Of a stretch of DNA of 40,387 nucleotides, positions 11,375 to 22,384 are shown piece by piece (the stretch's first letter is position 1; every line of letters begins with the position of its first letter). Below the pieces are notes generated by a model. It was given only the letters and a program-made list of their open reading frames with translations. It ran no database searches and was not told the origin of the DNA. A program made the position numbers and the translations under genes. The stretch spans positions 24,926,819 to 24,967,205 of the forward strand of contig NC_069000.1 of assembly GCF_001194135.2 (NCBI RefSeq). The letters are read 5' to 3'. Source of the stretch: Octopus bimaculoides (lineage: Eukaryota).

Positions 11375-12145
11375 AGGTGCAGGAGTAGCTGTGTGATAAG
11401 AAGCATGTTTCCCAACCACATTGTTCCGGGTTCAGTCCGACTGCGTGGCACCTTGGGCAAGAGTCTTCTACTAAAGCCTCGGGCCAACCAAAGCCTTGTC
11501 AATAGAAAGAAGCCCGTCGTATATAAATATATATATATATATGTGTATATATATATAAATGTGTGTGTATATANNNNNNNNNNNNNNNNNNNNNNNNNNN
11601 NNNNNNNNNNNNNNNNNNNNNNNNNNNNNNNNNNNNNNNNNNNNNNNNNNNNNNNNNNNNNNNNNNNNNNNNNNNNNNNNNNNNNNNNNNNNNNNNNNNN
11701 NNNNNNNNNNNNNNNNNNNNNNNNNNNNNNNNNNNNNNNNNNNNNNNNNNNNNNNNNNNNNNNNNNNNNNNNNNNNNNNNNNNNNNNNNNNNNNNNNNNN
11801 NNNNNNNNNNNNNNNNNNNNNNNNNNNNNNNNNNNNNNNNNNNNNNNNNNNNNNNNNNNNNNNNNNNNNNNNNNNNNNNNNNNNNNNNNNNNNNNNNNNN
11901 NNNNNNNNNNNNNNNNNNNNNNNNNNNNNNNNNNNNNNNNNNNNNNNNNNNNNNNNNNNNNNNNNNNNNNNNNNNNNNNNNNNNNNNNNNNNNNNNNNNN
12001 NNNNNNNNNNNNNNNNNNNNNNNNNNNNNNNNNNNNNNNNNNNNNNNNNNNNNNNNNNNNNNNNNNNNNNNNNNNNNNNNNATATATATATATATATATA
12101 TGCATGTATGTATGTATTTGTGTGTTTGCGTTTGTCCCCCACCAT
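11375..12145 (+). mobile_element. tRNA-derived SINE (family 1) with an internal deletion; its internal (TA)n tract runs into an assembly gap and the 3' end is truncated
   Basis: It has an A-box-like TAGCTGTGTG, a B-box-like GGTTCAGTCC and the core ccttgggcaag...gcctcgggcc. It aligns to the copies at 16219 and 20837, and the body resumes after the gap (tttgtccccc accatcg). Confidence 0.85.
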
Positions 12146-12590
12146 CGATTAACAACCTTAGGAATACCGTAGAATTAGTCATATAATCGCATCCCTCGTC
12201 GGTGAGCGCTTCTCTGCATAGTTTTTAAATTTCTCATTATTTTCTGCTGACTGTAGTGTTGGACATTTTCATAGCATGTTGTGTTTTCTAATATGGATAG
12301 TATTAAAGTTATATAGTATACAGTGTCCATTAAGACAACTGCACTCACTTCATCAACCATTCAAAGGTGCTTAAAATTCTTTAAGTCTCTCTATACTTTC
12401 GTGCCAAAGAATGGAACAGCCATCTTGATATCTTTTCCAGTGATTTTCTATATTTAGGGAGAATGTGTTTCTGTATTTTTCTAGTACCTTACAATAAAGA
12501 TTGATTTCTAGGTACCTTATGGCTAGGTTATCAAAGGAGGGAGATATTCGCGTGCCCATCGTAGTTCTGTCGATAGAAGTTGTCATTAAA
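12145..12590 (-). mobile_element. Inverted PLE segments attached to the 5' end of the plus-strand PLE at 12590-14167
   Basis: ORF 12371..12595 (MGTRISPSFDNL..YLEINLY..WKRYQDGCSILWHESIERLKEF) duplicates the RT core of ORF 13008..13532. Region 12145-12360 encodes AVVLMD..ILENTT.YE...LTDEGCDYM and, after a frameshift, FYGIPKV (pre-RT). Confidence 0.8.
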
Positions 12591-14167
12591 TACAAAAAAG
12601 TTATTCTCCAAGATGAATTTTAGCCCTTTTATGACCTCAAATTAAGACCCATAATAGCAGGTCCCGCATGCGTAACACACCACCTCAGTAACTTTTTAGG
12701 TATCCTCTTAGAACCGTTCCTTAAGCATATCAAAAGTTGCATAAAGGACGACCTAGATATGCTTAATCACCCCCCTAAAGCAATAAACAAAAACACCCTA
12801 CGAGTATCCTTCGATGTAGTCAACCTCTATTCCAATATCCCCCACAGCCTAGGAATAGAGGCAATCCAATTCTGGCAAGAGAATTACTCCAATGAACTCC
12901 CGCACCGCATCAAAAAGGAATTCGTAATAGAAGGGCTAAAATTCATCTTGTAGAATAATTTCTTCGTATTTAATAACAACTTCTATCAACAGTAATCGGG
13001 GACTGCGATGGACACGCAAATGGCCCCCTCCTTTGCTAACCTAGTCACGAGGTACCTAGAAATCAATCTTTATCATAAGATACTAGAAAAATACGGAAAC
13101 CCATTCTCTCTGTACAAAGAATATAACTGGAAAAGATATCTAGATGACTGTTTCATTCTTTGGCATGAAAGTATAGAGAGACTTAAAGAATTTCAAACAC
13201 GTCTGAATGGAATTGACATAAACATTCAATTTACAATGAAATATAGCTACCAACAACTTCCATTCCTCGACAACCTCATTAAGAAAACTAATTACAAAAT
13301 AGAAACAGACATATACTATAAGCCTACGGACTCCAAGCAATATCTACCGTTCAACTCATGCCATCTCAGACACATCAGAATGAATTTTCCTTACAACCTG
13401 GCAAAAAGGATTTGTACTATAGTATCTGATACAAGCACTAGGGACACACGACTACATGAGCTAAAGGATACACTAATCAGCAGGAACTACCCACCATCAC
13501 TAATTGACATAGACTTTCAACGTGCCCTATAACTCAACATCCACGAACTCAGACACCCCAGACTAAAGAGGGATTTACAACCAAAAGCCCTGCCATACAT
13601 ATCCACACACAACCCCCTAAACAATGAGGCCTTTGACACCATTCTCCAGGTCATCACTTTACTAAAACGGGACCATAGATTGGATTAAATTCTCCAAACG
13701 CACACCATCATAAAGAGCAAAAGACAGCCCAAGTCAATGAAAAGTCTTCTAACACAGGCCTAAGTACACCCGTCAACAACATCGAAACCAACAATAAAAA
13801 AAATACGGAAGACCTAACTGTGGTATATGTGTCAACCTAATTGAAATTGCGGAGTTCTCCTTCAAACAGGGTCAACGTTTCACAGTGAAAAACAACTTCA
13901 CATGTGCTTCGGAAAACCTAATATATGTATTAACTTGCTCAGGGTGTTGAGAACAATATACTGGTCAAACTAAAAACAGTCTACGCCAGAGGATGACGGT
14001 ACATAGATCCAAGATTGAAATACGGGAATACAGTAAAATAGGATTAAGCGAGCACATCTATATTTGCGTCAATGACGAACAACCCAACTTTAGAATTTTT
14101 CCCCTCTATAAATTCAGGGACAATGCAAGCTATAACCAGCGCAAAGAAGCATATTTTATCGCGAAAT
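12590..14167 (+). mobile_element. PLE RT, thumb and C-terminal GIY-YIG endonuclease with a CCHH-type linker; degenerate, with the 3' end in a gap
   Basis: Motifs in order: LKLRPIIAGP, SFDVVNLYSNIPH, GTAMDTQMAPSFANL, WKRYLDD, LPFLD, DIYYKPTDSKQYL, RNYPPSLI and NFTCASENLIYVLTCSGC*EQYTGQT..LRQRMTVH...HI. Confidence 0.9.
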
Positions 14168-14726
14168 NNNNNNNNNNNNNNNNNNNNNNNNNNNNNNNNN
14201 NNNNNNNNNNNNNNNNNNNNNNNNNNNNNNNNNNNNNNNNNNNNNNNNNNNNNNNNNNNNNNNNNNNNNNNNNNNNNNNNNNNNNNNNNNNNNNNNNNNN
14301 NNNNNNNNNNNNNNNNNNNNNNNNNNNNNNNNNNNNNNNNNNNNNNNNNNNNNNNNNNNNNNNNNNNNNNNNNNNNNNNNNNNNNNNNNNNNNNNNNNNN
14401 NNNNNNNNNNNNNNNNNNNNNNNNNNNNNNNNNNNNNNNNNNNNNNNNNNNNNNNNNNNNNNNNNNNNNNNNNNNNNNNNNNNNNNNNNNNNNNNNNNNN
14501 NNNNNNNNNNNNNNNNNNNNNNNNNNNNNNNNNNNNNNNNNNNNNNNNNNNNNNNNNNNNNNNNNNNNNNNNNNNNNNNNNNNNNNNNNNNNNNNNNNNN
14601 NNNNNNNNNNNNNNNNNNNNNNNNNNNNNNNNNNNNNNNNNNNNNNNNNNNNNNNNNNNNNNNNNNNNNNNNNNNNNNNNNNNNNNNNNNNNNNNNNNNN
14701 NNNNNNNNNNNNNNNNNNNNNNNNNN

Positions 14727-14753
14727 TCTTCTTCTTCTTCTTCTTCTACTTCT

Positions 14754-14789
<36 letters not shown>
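14727..14789. repeat. (CTT)n(CTG)n microsatellite, followed by (CTAC)n at about 14838-14862
   Basis: Directly visible at the gap edge. Confidence 0.9.
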
Positions 14790-14790
<1 letters not shown>

Positions 14791-15249
14791 AAACCATCAA
14801 TCCTTTGTATTCATAAAACTATTCCTTCAAATTTACTACTACCTACCTACCTACCTACCTACCAAGCATTCACTAAAGAAGAGGGACAGACAAACAGACT
14901 ATTTGAAGATTGTGGAAATATTTACAAAACATTTCATTTAAATTTTTGCCTCCAATTTAATAGTTTTTCTTATTTCAATCTTAGTTGAAGAAGTCTAAAA
15001 GACGGAAACCAGTATTAAAATGTACTTCATGATAAAATTATTTTAGCATTTTCTACCTTGTCTGATTTTCCTTATCAACTCGTGCGTAACTTTTTTACCT
15101 TCTAAATGGATATGTAGGTAAATAGACAGATAAGTAGATAGATAGGTACATATGTAATACGGACAGGCAAGCACACACACATATACGCATACACACATAC
15201 ATGCACAAAAGAAGACTGAAACATATGACCATNNNNNNNNNNATTTTGA

Positions 15250-16200
15250 TACTTTGATAGGATCCGGCCCAGTATTGGCCCAGGCCATGTCTGACTTAAT
15301 AGCACCACATGACGAAGTCATTCAAATCAGGAATCGGACAACATGGCCCACTACGGATACATATTCGAGTGCAGTAGGTTTATCTGGAAGTTCTTGAAGG
15401 AATTTGTCCAAAGACGTCTTGAACTTTATGGGATCTGTTTCTACTTTAATGTGTTTTGGTTTAATGCTGAAGAAAGCGAGGTCAATTTAGGTGAAATAAT
15501 TGTGCCTTATTGTTGTGAGATGCGAGTGTGATTTATGTTGTGGGCGGATAGCACGGGGCCTCTTGGGTGCATCTTAAAGGTGATGCCAACATCGTTTGGG
15601 TAATGCTGATGGAATATATTCCACATCATGCAGATGATGTAGCGCTCACAGCGGCGTTGGAGAGAATAAAGCTTGAGCTTTTCTAATCGGCCCCATTAGT
15701 CAAGGCCTGTCATGACATCTATCTTTTTTGTAATTGACCCTTGAGGTGCTTCAACTTTCATGATACTACAGTATTCAAAATGGGGTGGGGTAGAAGTGGA
15801 GAAGAGAAGGATAATGGTGTGGATATCTCTCGACTGGAAAGTTATGAGAATCCAGGAACACATTTTGCGGGCCATGTCAACTTTCTTGTTTATATGAGCG
15901 GCCCAGCTTATGTTGTTGTTCACAATTACTCCCAAGTCTCCGATGTTGTTGGATGCCATGTGACTTTCATCTAATGAAGGGAATATGGGAGTTTCAAGGT
16001 ATCCTCTTTTCCGAAGCAGATTAACTCAAATTTGTCCTCATTCAGCTGCATATTATTCTTTTTCGTCAATTGGATGACAGCCAGTATATCTGACTGATGG
16101 CATGTCCAGTCACCCACTTCATTGATGACCTTTTGGATCTTGGAATCATCTGCAAAGGTTCTTATGCTGTATCTCTTATCTTTGTATCTCTTTTGTCAGG
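15250..16200 (-). mobile_element. 3' portion of a CR1/L2-group LINE (RT catalytic motif to C-terminus), degenerate
   Basis: Manual minus-strand translation gives IRTFADDSKI near 16150. ORF 15696..15959 has DLGVIVNNNISWAAHINKKVDMARKMCSWILITFQSRD...PHFEYC, followed by LEKLKLYSLQRRCERYII. Confidence 0.8.
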
Positions 16201-16218
16201 TTCAGCATGGCTATATAT

Positions 16219-16382
16219 AGGCGCAGAAGTGGCTGTGTGGTAAATAACTTGCTTACCAACCACATGATTCCAGGTTCAGTCCTGCTGCATGGAACCTTGG
16301 GCAAGTTTCTTCTACTATAGCCTCGGGCCGACCAAAGACTCGTGAGTGGATTTGGAAGACGGAAACTGAAAGAAGCCCGTCG

Positions 16383-16427
<45 letters not shown>

Positions 16428-16600
16428 GTATATGTATATGTTTGTGTGTCTGTGCTTGTTTCCCCCAACATCGCTTGACAACCGATATTGGTGTGTTTAC
16501 GTACCCGTAACTTACCAGTTCGGTAATAGACATCGATAGAATAAGTACTAGGCTTAGAAAGAATAAGTACTGGGGTCGATTTGTTCAACTAAAGGCGGCG
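16219..16600 (+). mobile_element. tRNA-derived SINE (family 1) with an internal (TA)n tract, 3'-truncated
   Basis: It has an A-box TGGCTGTGTGG and a B-box GGTTCAGTCC, aligns to 20837-21240, and stops at taaaggcggcg. Confidence 0.9.
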
Positions 16601-16960
16601 ATGAGTCCTGTTTCCAGATATAGGGTCTTCCAGCAGCCACCCTTTTGACCTAAGGCAACACTACCTCCTCCAGGCACTTGATGTAGGGCTCCGTGTTGAG
16701 TCTGAGGCCGTGTTGGAAGATGGAGATATAACGTTGCCGTCACTAGTGATCACTCCAAACACCATGATGTTGACTGGATGTTTGATTTTTATCATTCTCG
16801 GTACATGTATTGTCCTCAGATTGACACTCACACATTCTGAAATGTTCGTATTGGAGCTTCTGGTGTGAATGTCAAGAAGTACAGCATATCTTTTCCAAAT
16901 TTCTGGCAGAGTGAATTGCGTCATGCTGCTGGTTTTCTCAAAGACAGTGCCCAACTGACC
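16598..16960 (-). mobile_element. Tc1/mariner-superfamily transposase fragment (catalytic region), degenerate
   Basis: ORF 16661..16954 has KHPVNIMVFGVITSDG. After a frameshift it continues YIKCLEEVVLP*VKRVAAGRPYIWKQDS, which is the xQD motif carrying the second catalytic Asp of Tc1/mariner transposases. Confidence 0.8.
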
Positions 16961-17089
16961 CTACTATACAGTGTAGTCGACAAAATCTAAAACAATGTGC
17001 ATGCGCGAGATTAAAAATATAATATGGCGACAATTTACCCATCACAGTTTGTATATACAGAGGGAATTCACCGACTAACTAACACATAA

Positions 17090-17645
17090 CCAGATTTGAA
17101 GAAGAATTATATAATATGGTTAAGAACGTGAAGTTCAGGAAGTACCCTAGAAGGTGTAATATACATCAGCATGAACAATTCCGATTTGTCCCGACGCTTT
17201 GATGGTAGATTATAGAGTAGATTAAATAAAGAGAACGCATTTGATATAGCAATGGGCTCATACGATTCTGCTCAGATCACTGACCTAGTCAGAATATATA
17301 ACCTTTCATTAATCCAGTCTTCCTTTCTGGAAGTAACAGGGGGTCTATATAAGGATGAAGCCCTATTTTTTTCTGGACAGAAGTAGCAAAGTACAATTAG
17401 AAAGGTATAGGAAAAATTTCTTTAAACCTTTTAAAAAATTAGAACTAAACATTACTATGGGTAAAGATTATCGTAGAGTGAATTTTCTTGACGCTACCTT
17501 CTGTCTTGGTACTGGATTATTTGAACCATTTCATAAGCCAAATGATCATACTAAGTGCATTAACGTAGCATCCAACCATCCACCCTCGATTACATGGAGA
17601 TTAGCTAAGAATATTTCTACAAAAATTTCTAGATTATATGTTAAT
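17090..17645 (+). mobile_element. Internally deleted PLE RT fragment (GLYRDD-like lineage)
   Basis: It encodes FEEELYNMVKNVKFRK, AFDIAMGSYDSAQITDLV and GGLYKD. ORF 17355..17711 has VNFLDATF...FHKPND..CINVASNHPP, collinear with ORF 18888..19931. Confidence 0.8.
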
Positions 17646-17649
17646 AAAC

Positions 17650-17662
17650 GCACACACACACA

Positions 17663-17704
<42 letters not shown>

Positions 17705-17710
17705 CACATA
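17650..17710. repeat. (CA)n microsatellite
   Basis: Directly visible. Confidence 0.95.
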
Positions 17711-18279
17711 AATAAAATATATACGTACATATATACAGATGCACACCCATCCACATACATACACACTCACATACACACATATACCGATCAACAAACACAT
17801 TCACACCCATACATAGATGCACATATATTTATCTACTCATATTCATGTGCATATTTATATCGTTGGACATAAATATATCATAAATACACACATCCTTATA
17901 CAGACGTAAAGAAGAGAAAGGATGGGTTTAGTGTGTGTCTGTGTGCGTGAGTGGGTCAGTGGTTGTGGGTGTACATCTGTATATATGTACGTATGCTTTA
18001 TATACGTATTTTAATGTATTTTAATGTATATTTATATATATCTATATTTTATAAATATTTTTAAAAGTATTCAGATGTGTGGATATGTATTAATATATGT
18101 AAACTCATTTTAAGTCGAATTTATAAATGTATGAGTATGATTGCCTAATTTGAGTTTATATCTTAATTCGTATCTTTAGTCTCGGGTTCAGCAGTTCTAT
18201 ATATTTCGTAAGAAAGAACAATAATAATATTATTTTCATTGGCTCTCAGGAGCACTTCTTATAGACTGTGAAAATCAAC

Positions 18280-20740
18280 AAACAATTTTTGGGTATATCA
18301 ACCAAAAACATCCCCATATTAATGAGGGACAGATATATGGAATCTCTTCTATATAAAACTACAAAATTTATAAACCGACTTAGATGGTGAGTATTCTTAC
18401 ACGATAACAGAAACAAAAATAAAAATGACAACACTAAGGACAACTACAATCTTAAATCATTCAAGAACCCGCCTTCTAATCCAACTCGTAAATTTTGAGA
18501 AGGGTCTAATGAAGCTTATAAACGACTTAAAATTTTCTAAGTACACTAACTCCTTCCAGAAAACACTTTCGGAAAACATCTCTAAAATAAAATCTTCACT
18601 GAACTTACATGCATTATCTGATAAAACGGGAAATATTTACTATGTGCCGTTGGATATCTATAATGATCTAATGCTTAAGGAATTAAATACCAGCTAGAAA
18701 TACGCAAGAAATACCGCATGGGACGATATTAACAACATCCATTATGATATTCTCTCAAACTTGAACCTACTGGACAAAACTCAACCATACACACCGAAAA
18801 CCCCTCACTGCATCTATCTTAAAGGACCACAGACCTAATTTCCAATCTAAACCTTCTATTAGGCTAATTTGCCCAACCAAATCTGACTTGGGCAAATTTA
18901 GCAAATGCATTATCGATAGGATTATACCTCTCGTTAAAAATAAGGTCAGACTCCCTTTGTGGTCTTCCACCGGCGATATAAGATATAAGGTAAGTAGCGT
19001 ATCCATTTTATTCAGTTTGATATTTCGAACTATTACGCCTCCTATTCTTTTAAACAAAGCTTTGATTTTTGCTCGCAATTTTACTAATATCCCTAGACCA
19101 GATATCGATATAAACTTGGCAGCCAGAAAGACCCTTATGAACTTTAATGAACATAACTGGGTTAGATCTGAATCTACGGACTACTTTGATATAACTATAG
19201 GGTCGTTCGATTCATCACAGGTGACGGATTTGGTGGGCCTATATCTCCTCTCTCAAATTAAAAGTAGCTTCCAAAATGTGTCCGGAGGTCTTTATAGGAA
19301 TGGTGCGCTCCTTGCTACCTATGGTCTATCTAAACCGGCGGTAGAAAAGTTAAAGAAAGCCCTTAGGAAATTTTTTAAAGATTTTTTCAACCTTAATATT
19401 ATTTTTGATACTAATTCTAAGCTAGTCAACTTCCTTGACGTAACATTGGACCTTAATACTGGATTACACTACACATTTCGAAAACCTAATCAATCTCTGC
19501 AATATATTAACGTTTCCGCGAACCATCCTAGATTAACTATCAATAGCATCGTTACAGCTATTTCCATTAGAATCTCAAATTTATCAGCTAATGAGGAGAT
19601 TTTTAATCAACATGCTCCGGTTTACAATAATACCCTGAAACTAAGTGGTTTCAACGATCAAATTTCTTACATACCTCACACGAAACTTAAAAGAAAATTA
19701 GCAACTATATCTCCTAACTCCTCTAAAACTATTAGCGCAAACCCTGTATTCACAAACGTAGATTTAAATAAGCCATGTGGCAATCATATCATACCTAGTA
19801 GAATACAACCTAGCAACAAATATAGTAAATATAATAAGTATAAACATCCTGATTCTGAAAAGTCAAGCATGACAACAATCCAATTCTTGAAAACACGAAG
19901 TAATTTGGTTTGCCCCTCCTTTTTCTCTTAGAGTTAAGAACTTGCCTAAGTGTTTTTCAAGATCTTGAAGACTAATTTTCCAAAGCACCACAAGTATTAC
20001 TCGATTTGTAATAAATCTTCGATAAAATTCTCCTGCGATGCAATGCTTAATATAGGATCTATCATAGCTTCCATAAATAGAAATAAAATAAAACGTCAAT
20101 CGAATAAGGACTCCAACACTAATAACGTATCTAATGTAGGCCCTGGTAACAAGAACAAATCTAGAATAATAAATCTAAGTAAATCTAAAATTAATAATGT
20201 TAATCCAGGTCAACCTTTGGTAGTCACCGATGATGCCAACCCACCCCTCAAAAAAAAAACAATAAAACAAAAAGACAATAATAGGAATGATAGTAGAAAA
20301 AATTTAGAAAAAAACTTGTTGCAGTAAATGACTGAATCATATCCACTTGCCGGTTCATGCCTTAGGAAAAATGTGGTGTATAAGTGTACAGTAAAAGTAG
20401 ATAATGAAAAACTAAGGTTTATATAGGAAGCACTGCTGATTTTAAGAGATGTAGAGCCAATTTAAACTCCTTTGTTAAAGTTAAGTATAAAAAGTCAACA
20501 ACTCTCGCCTCATATATACACCACCCAAGAGAGAGCAACACTGATTGTTCTTTATCCTGATCAATAATTGCGGAGCTCCTCCCCCTTATATTGCTACTTC
20601 GAATAGATGCAAGTTATGTATAAGTGAATAGTACGTTATCCTTAGATCATATAGTTTAAATACATTAAATAAATTCTCTGATGCAATTCCCTCATGTAGT
20701 CATAAATTCCATTCCACTTTTTTGAAAAATTATAGAACCC
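18280..20740 (+). mobile_element. Near-full-length degenerate PLE (RT plus C-terminal GIY-YIG) of the DKT / GLYRDD-like lineage
   Basis: Motifs in order: KNIPI, FINRLRW, SDKTG, IRLICPTKSDLGK, FDITIGSFDSSQVTDLVGLYLL, GGLYRNG, VNFLDVTLDL, KPN...YIN..ANHP, IWFAPPFS, PLAGSCLRKNVVYKC, YIGST and RCKLCISE, across several frameshifts and stops. Confidence 0.9.
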
Positions 20741-20836
20741 AACATATTGGATTATTTGGAAGAGTGCCTGCAACTTGAAACTCTTAGTACATTGAACATT
20801 TTATTGCGCTGTATTTTGTCAGAATTAAGTTTCTAT

Positions 20837-21240
20837 AGGCGTAGGAGTAGCTGTGTGGTAAGTAGCTTGCTTACCAACCACATAGTTCCGGGTTTAGTCC
20901 CACTGCGTGGCATCTTGGCCAAGTGTATTCTACTATAGCCTCGGGCCGACCAAAGGCTTGTGAGTGGATTTGGTAGACGGAAACTCAAAGAAGCCCGTCG
21001 TATATATGTATATATATGTATGTGTGTGTATGTTTGTGTGTCTGTGTTTGTCCCCCCAACATCGCTTGACAACTGGTGCTGGTGTGTTTACGTCCCCGTA
21101 ACCTTGCGGTTCGGCAAAAGAGACCGCTAGAATAAGTACTAGGCTTACAATGAATAAGTCCTGGGGTCGATTTGCTCGACTAAAGGCGGTGCTCCAGCAT
21201 GGCCACAGTCAAATGACTGAAACAAGTAAAAGAGTAAAAA
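20837..21240 (+). mobile_element. Apparently full-length tRNA-derived SINE (family 1)
   Basis: It has an A-box TAGCTGTGTGG, a B-box-like GGTTTAGTCCC, the core cttggccaag..gcctcgggccgaccaaagg, an internal (TA)/(TG) tract and the 3' tail ctccagcatggccacagtcaaatgactgaaacaagtaaaagag. Confidence 0.9.
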
Positions 21241-21988
21241 TAGTAAGAGTATAGATTAATGTACTTGTCCTGCCATTCTATGCTCTCTANNNNNNNNNNN
21301 NNNNNNNNNNNNNNNNNNNNNNNNNNNNNNNNNNNNNNNNNNNNNNNNNNNNNNNNNNNNNNNNNNNNNNNNNNNNNNNNNNNNNNNNNNNNNNNNNNNN
21401 NNNNNNNNNNNNNNNNNNNNNNNNNNNNNNNNNNNNNNNNNNNNNNNNNNNNNNNNNNNNNNNNNNNNNNNNNNNNNNNNNNNNNNNNNNNNNNNNNNNN
21501 NNNNNNNNNNNNNNNNNNNNNNNNNNNNNNNNNNNNNNNNNNNNNNNNNNNNNNNNNNNNNNNNNNNNNNNNNNNNNNNNNNNNNNNNNNNNNNNNNNNN
21601 NNNNNNNNNNNNNNNNNNNNNNNNNNNNNNNNNNNNNNNNNNNNNNNNNNNNNNNNNNNNNNNNNNNNNNNNNNNNNNNNNNNNNNNNNNNNNNNNNNNN
21701 NNNNNNNNNNNNNNNNNNNNNNNNNNNNNNNNNNNNNNNNNNNNNNNNNNNNNNNNNNNNNNNNNNNNNNNNNNNNNNNNNNNNNNNNNNNNNNNNNNNN
21801 NNNNNNNNNNNNNNNNNNNNNNNNNNNNNNNNNNNNNNNNNNNNNNNNNNNNNNNNNNNNNNNNNNNNNNNNNNNNNNNNNNNNNNNNNNNNNNNNNNNN
21901 NNNNNNNNNNNNNNNNNNNNNNNNNNNNNNNNNNNNNNNNNNNNNNNNNNNNNNNNNNNNNNNNNNNNNNNNNNNNNNNNNNNNNNNN

Positions 21989-22384
21989 TGAGACAGTGCA
22001 CCAGGTATTGAATCCCGACTAGCATCAGTCAGTATTCAACATTATTCGCAGGGTTGGTTTAGTCAAATCTTTCATTAACGTTTCAAACAAGTCAGTGCTT
22101 TCTTTCTTGGTTTGAAAATCCATAATTTTTAGGACTATATTGGAATAAACCAATCATTAAAATTAGTCACTCGAATTCTTTCCTTCGCTCTGGGATCTTC
22201 ACATCTAATATCTTCTTCACAAGCGTAGTGTCTGGTTGACTGTCATGATTGAAGATCTGTCCTATGAAGATAATTTTATTCTGCAAAAATGACGCTCTTC
22301 TTTTTATTAATAACCACATCATGGTGAGTGAGTTTCTGTAATACAATTACATGACATACCAATTGCATCTCAACGACAATTATG
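21989..22384. repeat. Near-identical direct-repeat copy of 24821-25356 (Gypsy RT/RNase H junction segment)
   Basis: Base-by-base comparison shows identity apart from two substitutions that I could see and deletions corresponding to 25005-25033 and 25312-25347. Confidence 0.95.

Noticed and set aside
11353-12186. Long ORFs spanning N-runs (also 4186..5697, 13993..14988, 21180..22025, 28710..29854)
   Set aside because: These are artefacts of translating N as X with no stops. Only the flanking TE-derived parts are meaningful.
16967-17000. TA-CAGTG... resembling a Tc1-type terminal inverted repeat start
   Set aside because: No matching inverted partner was found in the window, and the orientation does not fit the adjacent minus-strand transposase.
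20837-20910. tRNA-like A and B boxes (also at 11375, 16219, 31865)
   Set aside because: There is no cloverleaf or acceptor stem, and they continue into SINE bodies, so they are SINE heads rather than tRNA genes.
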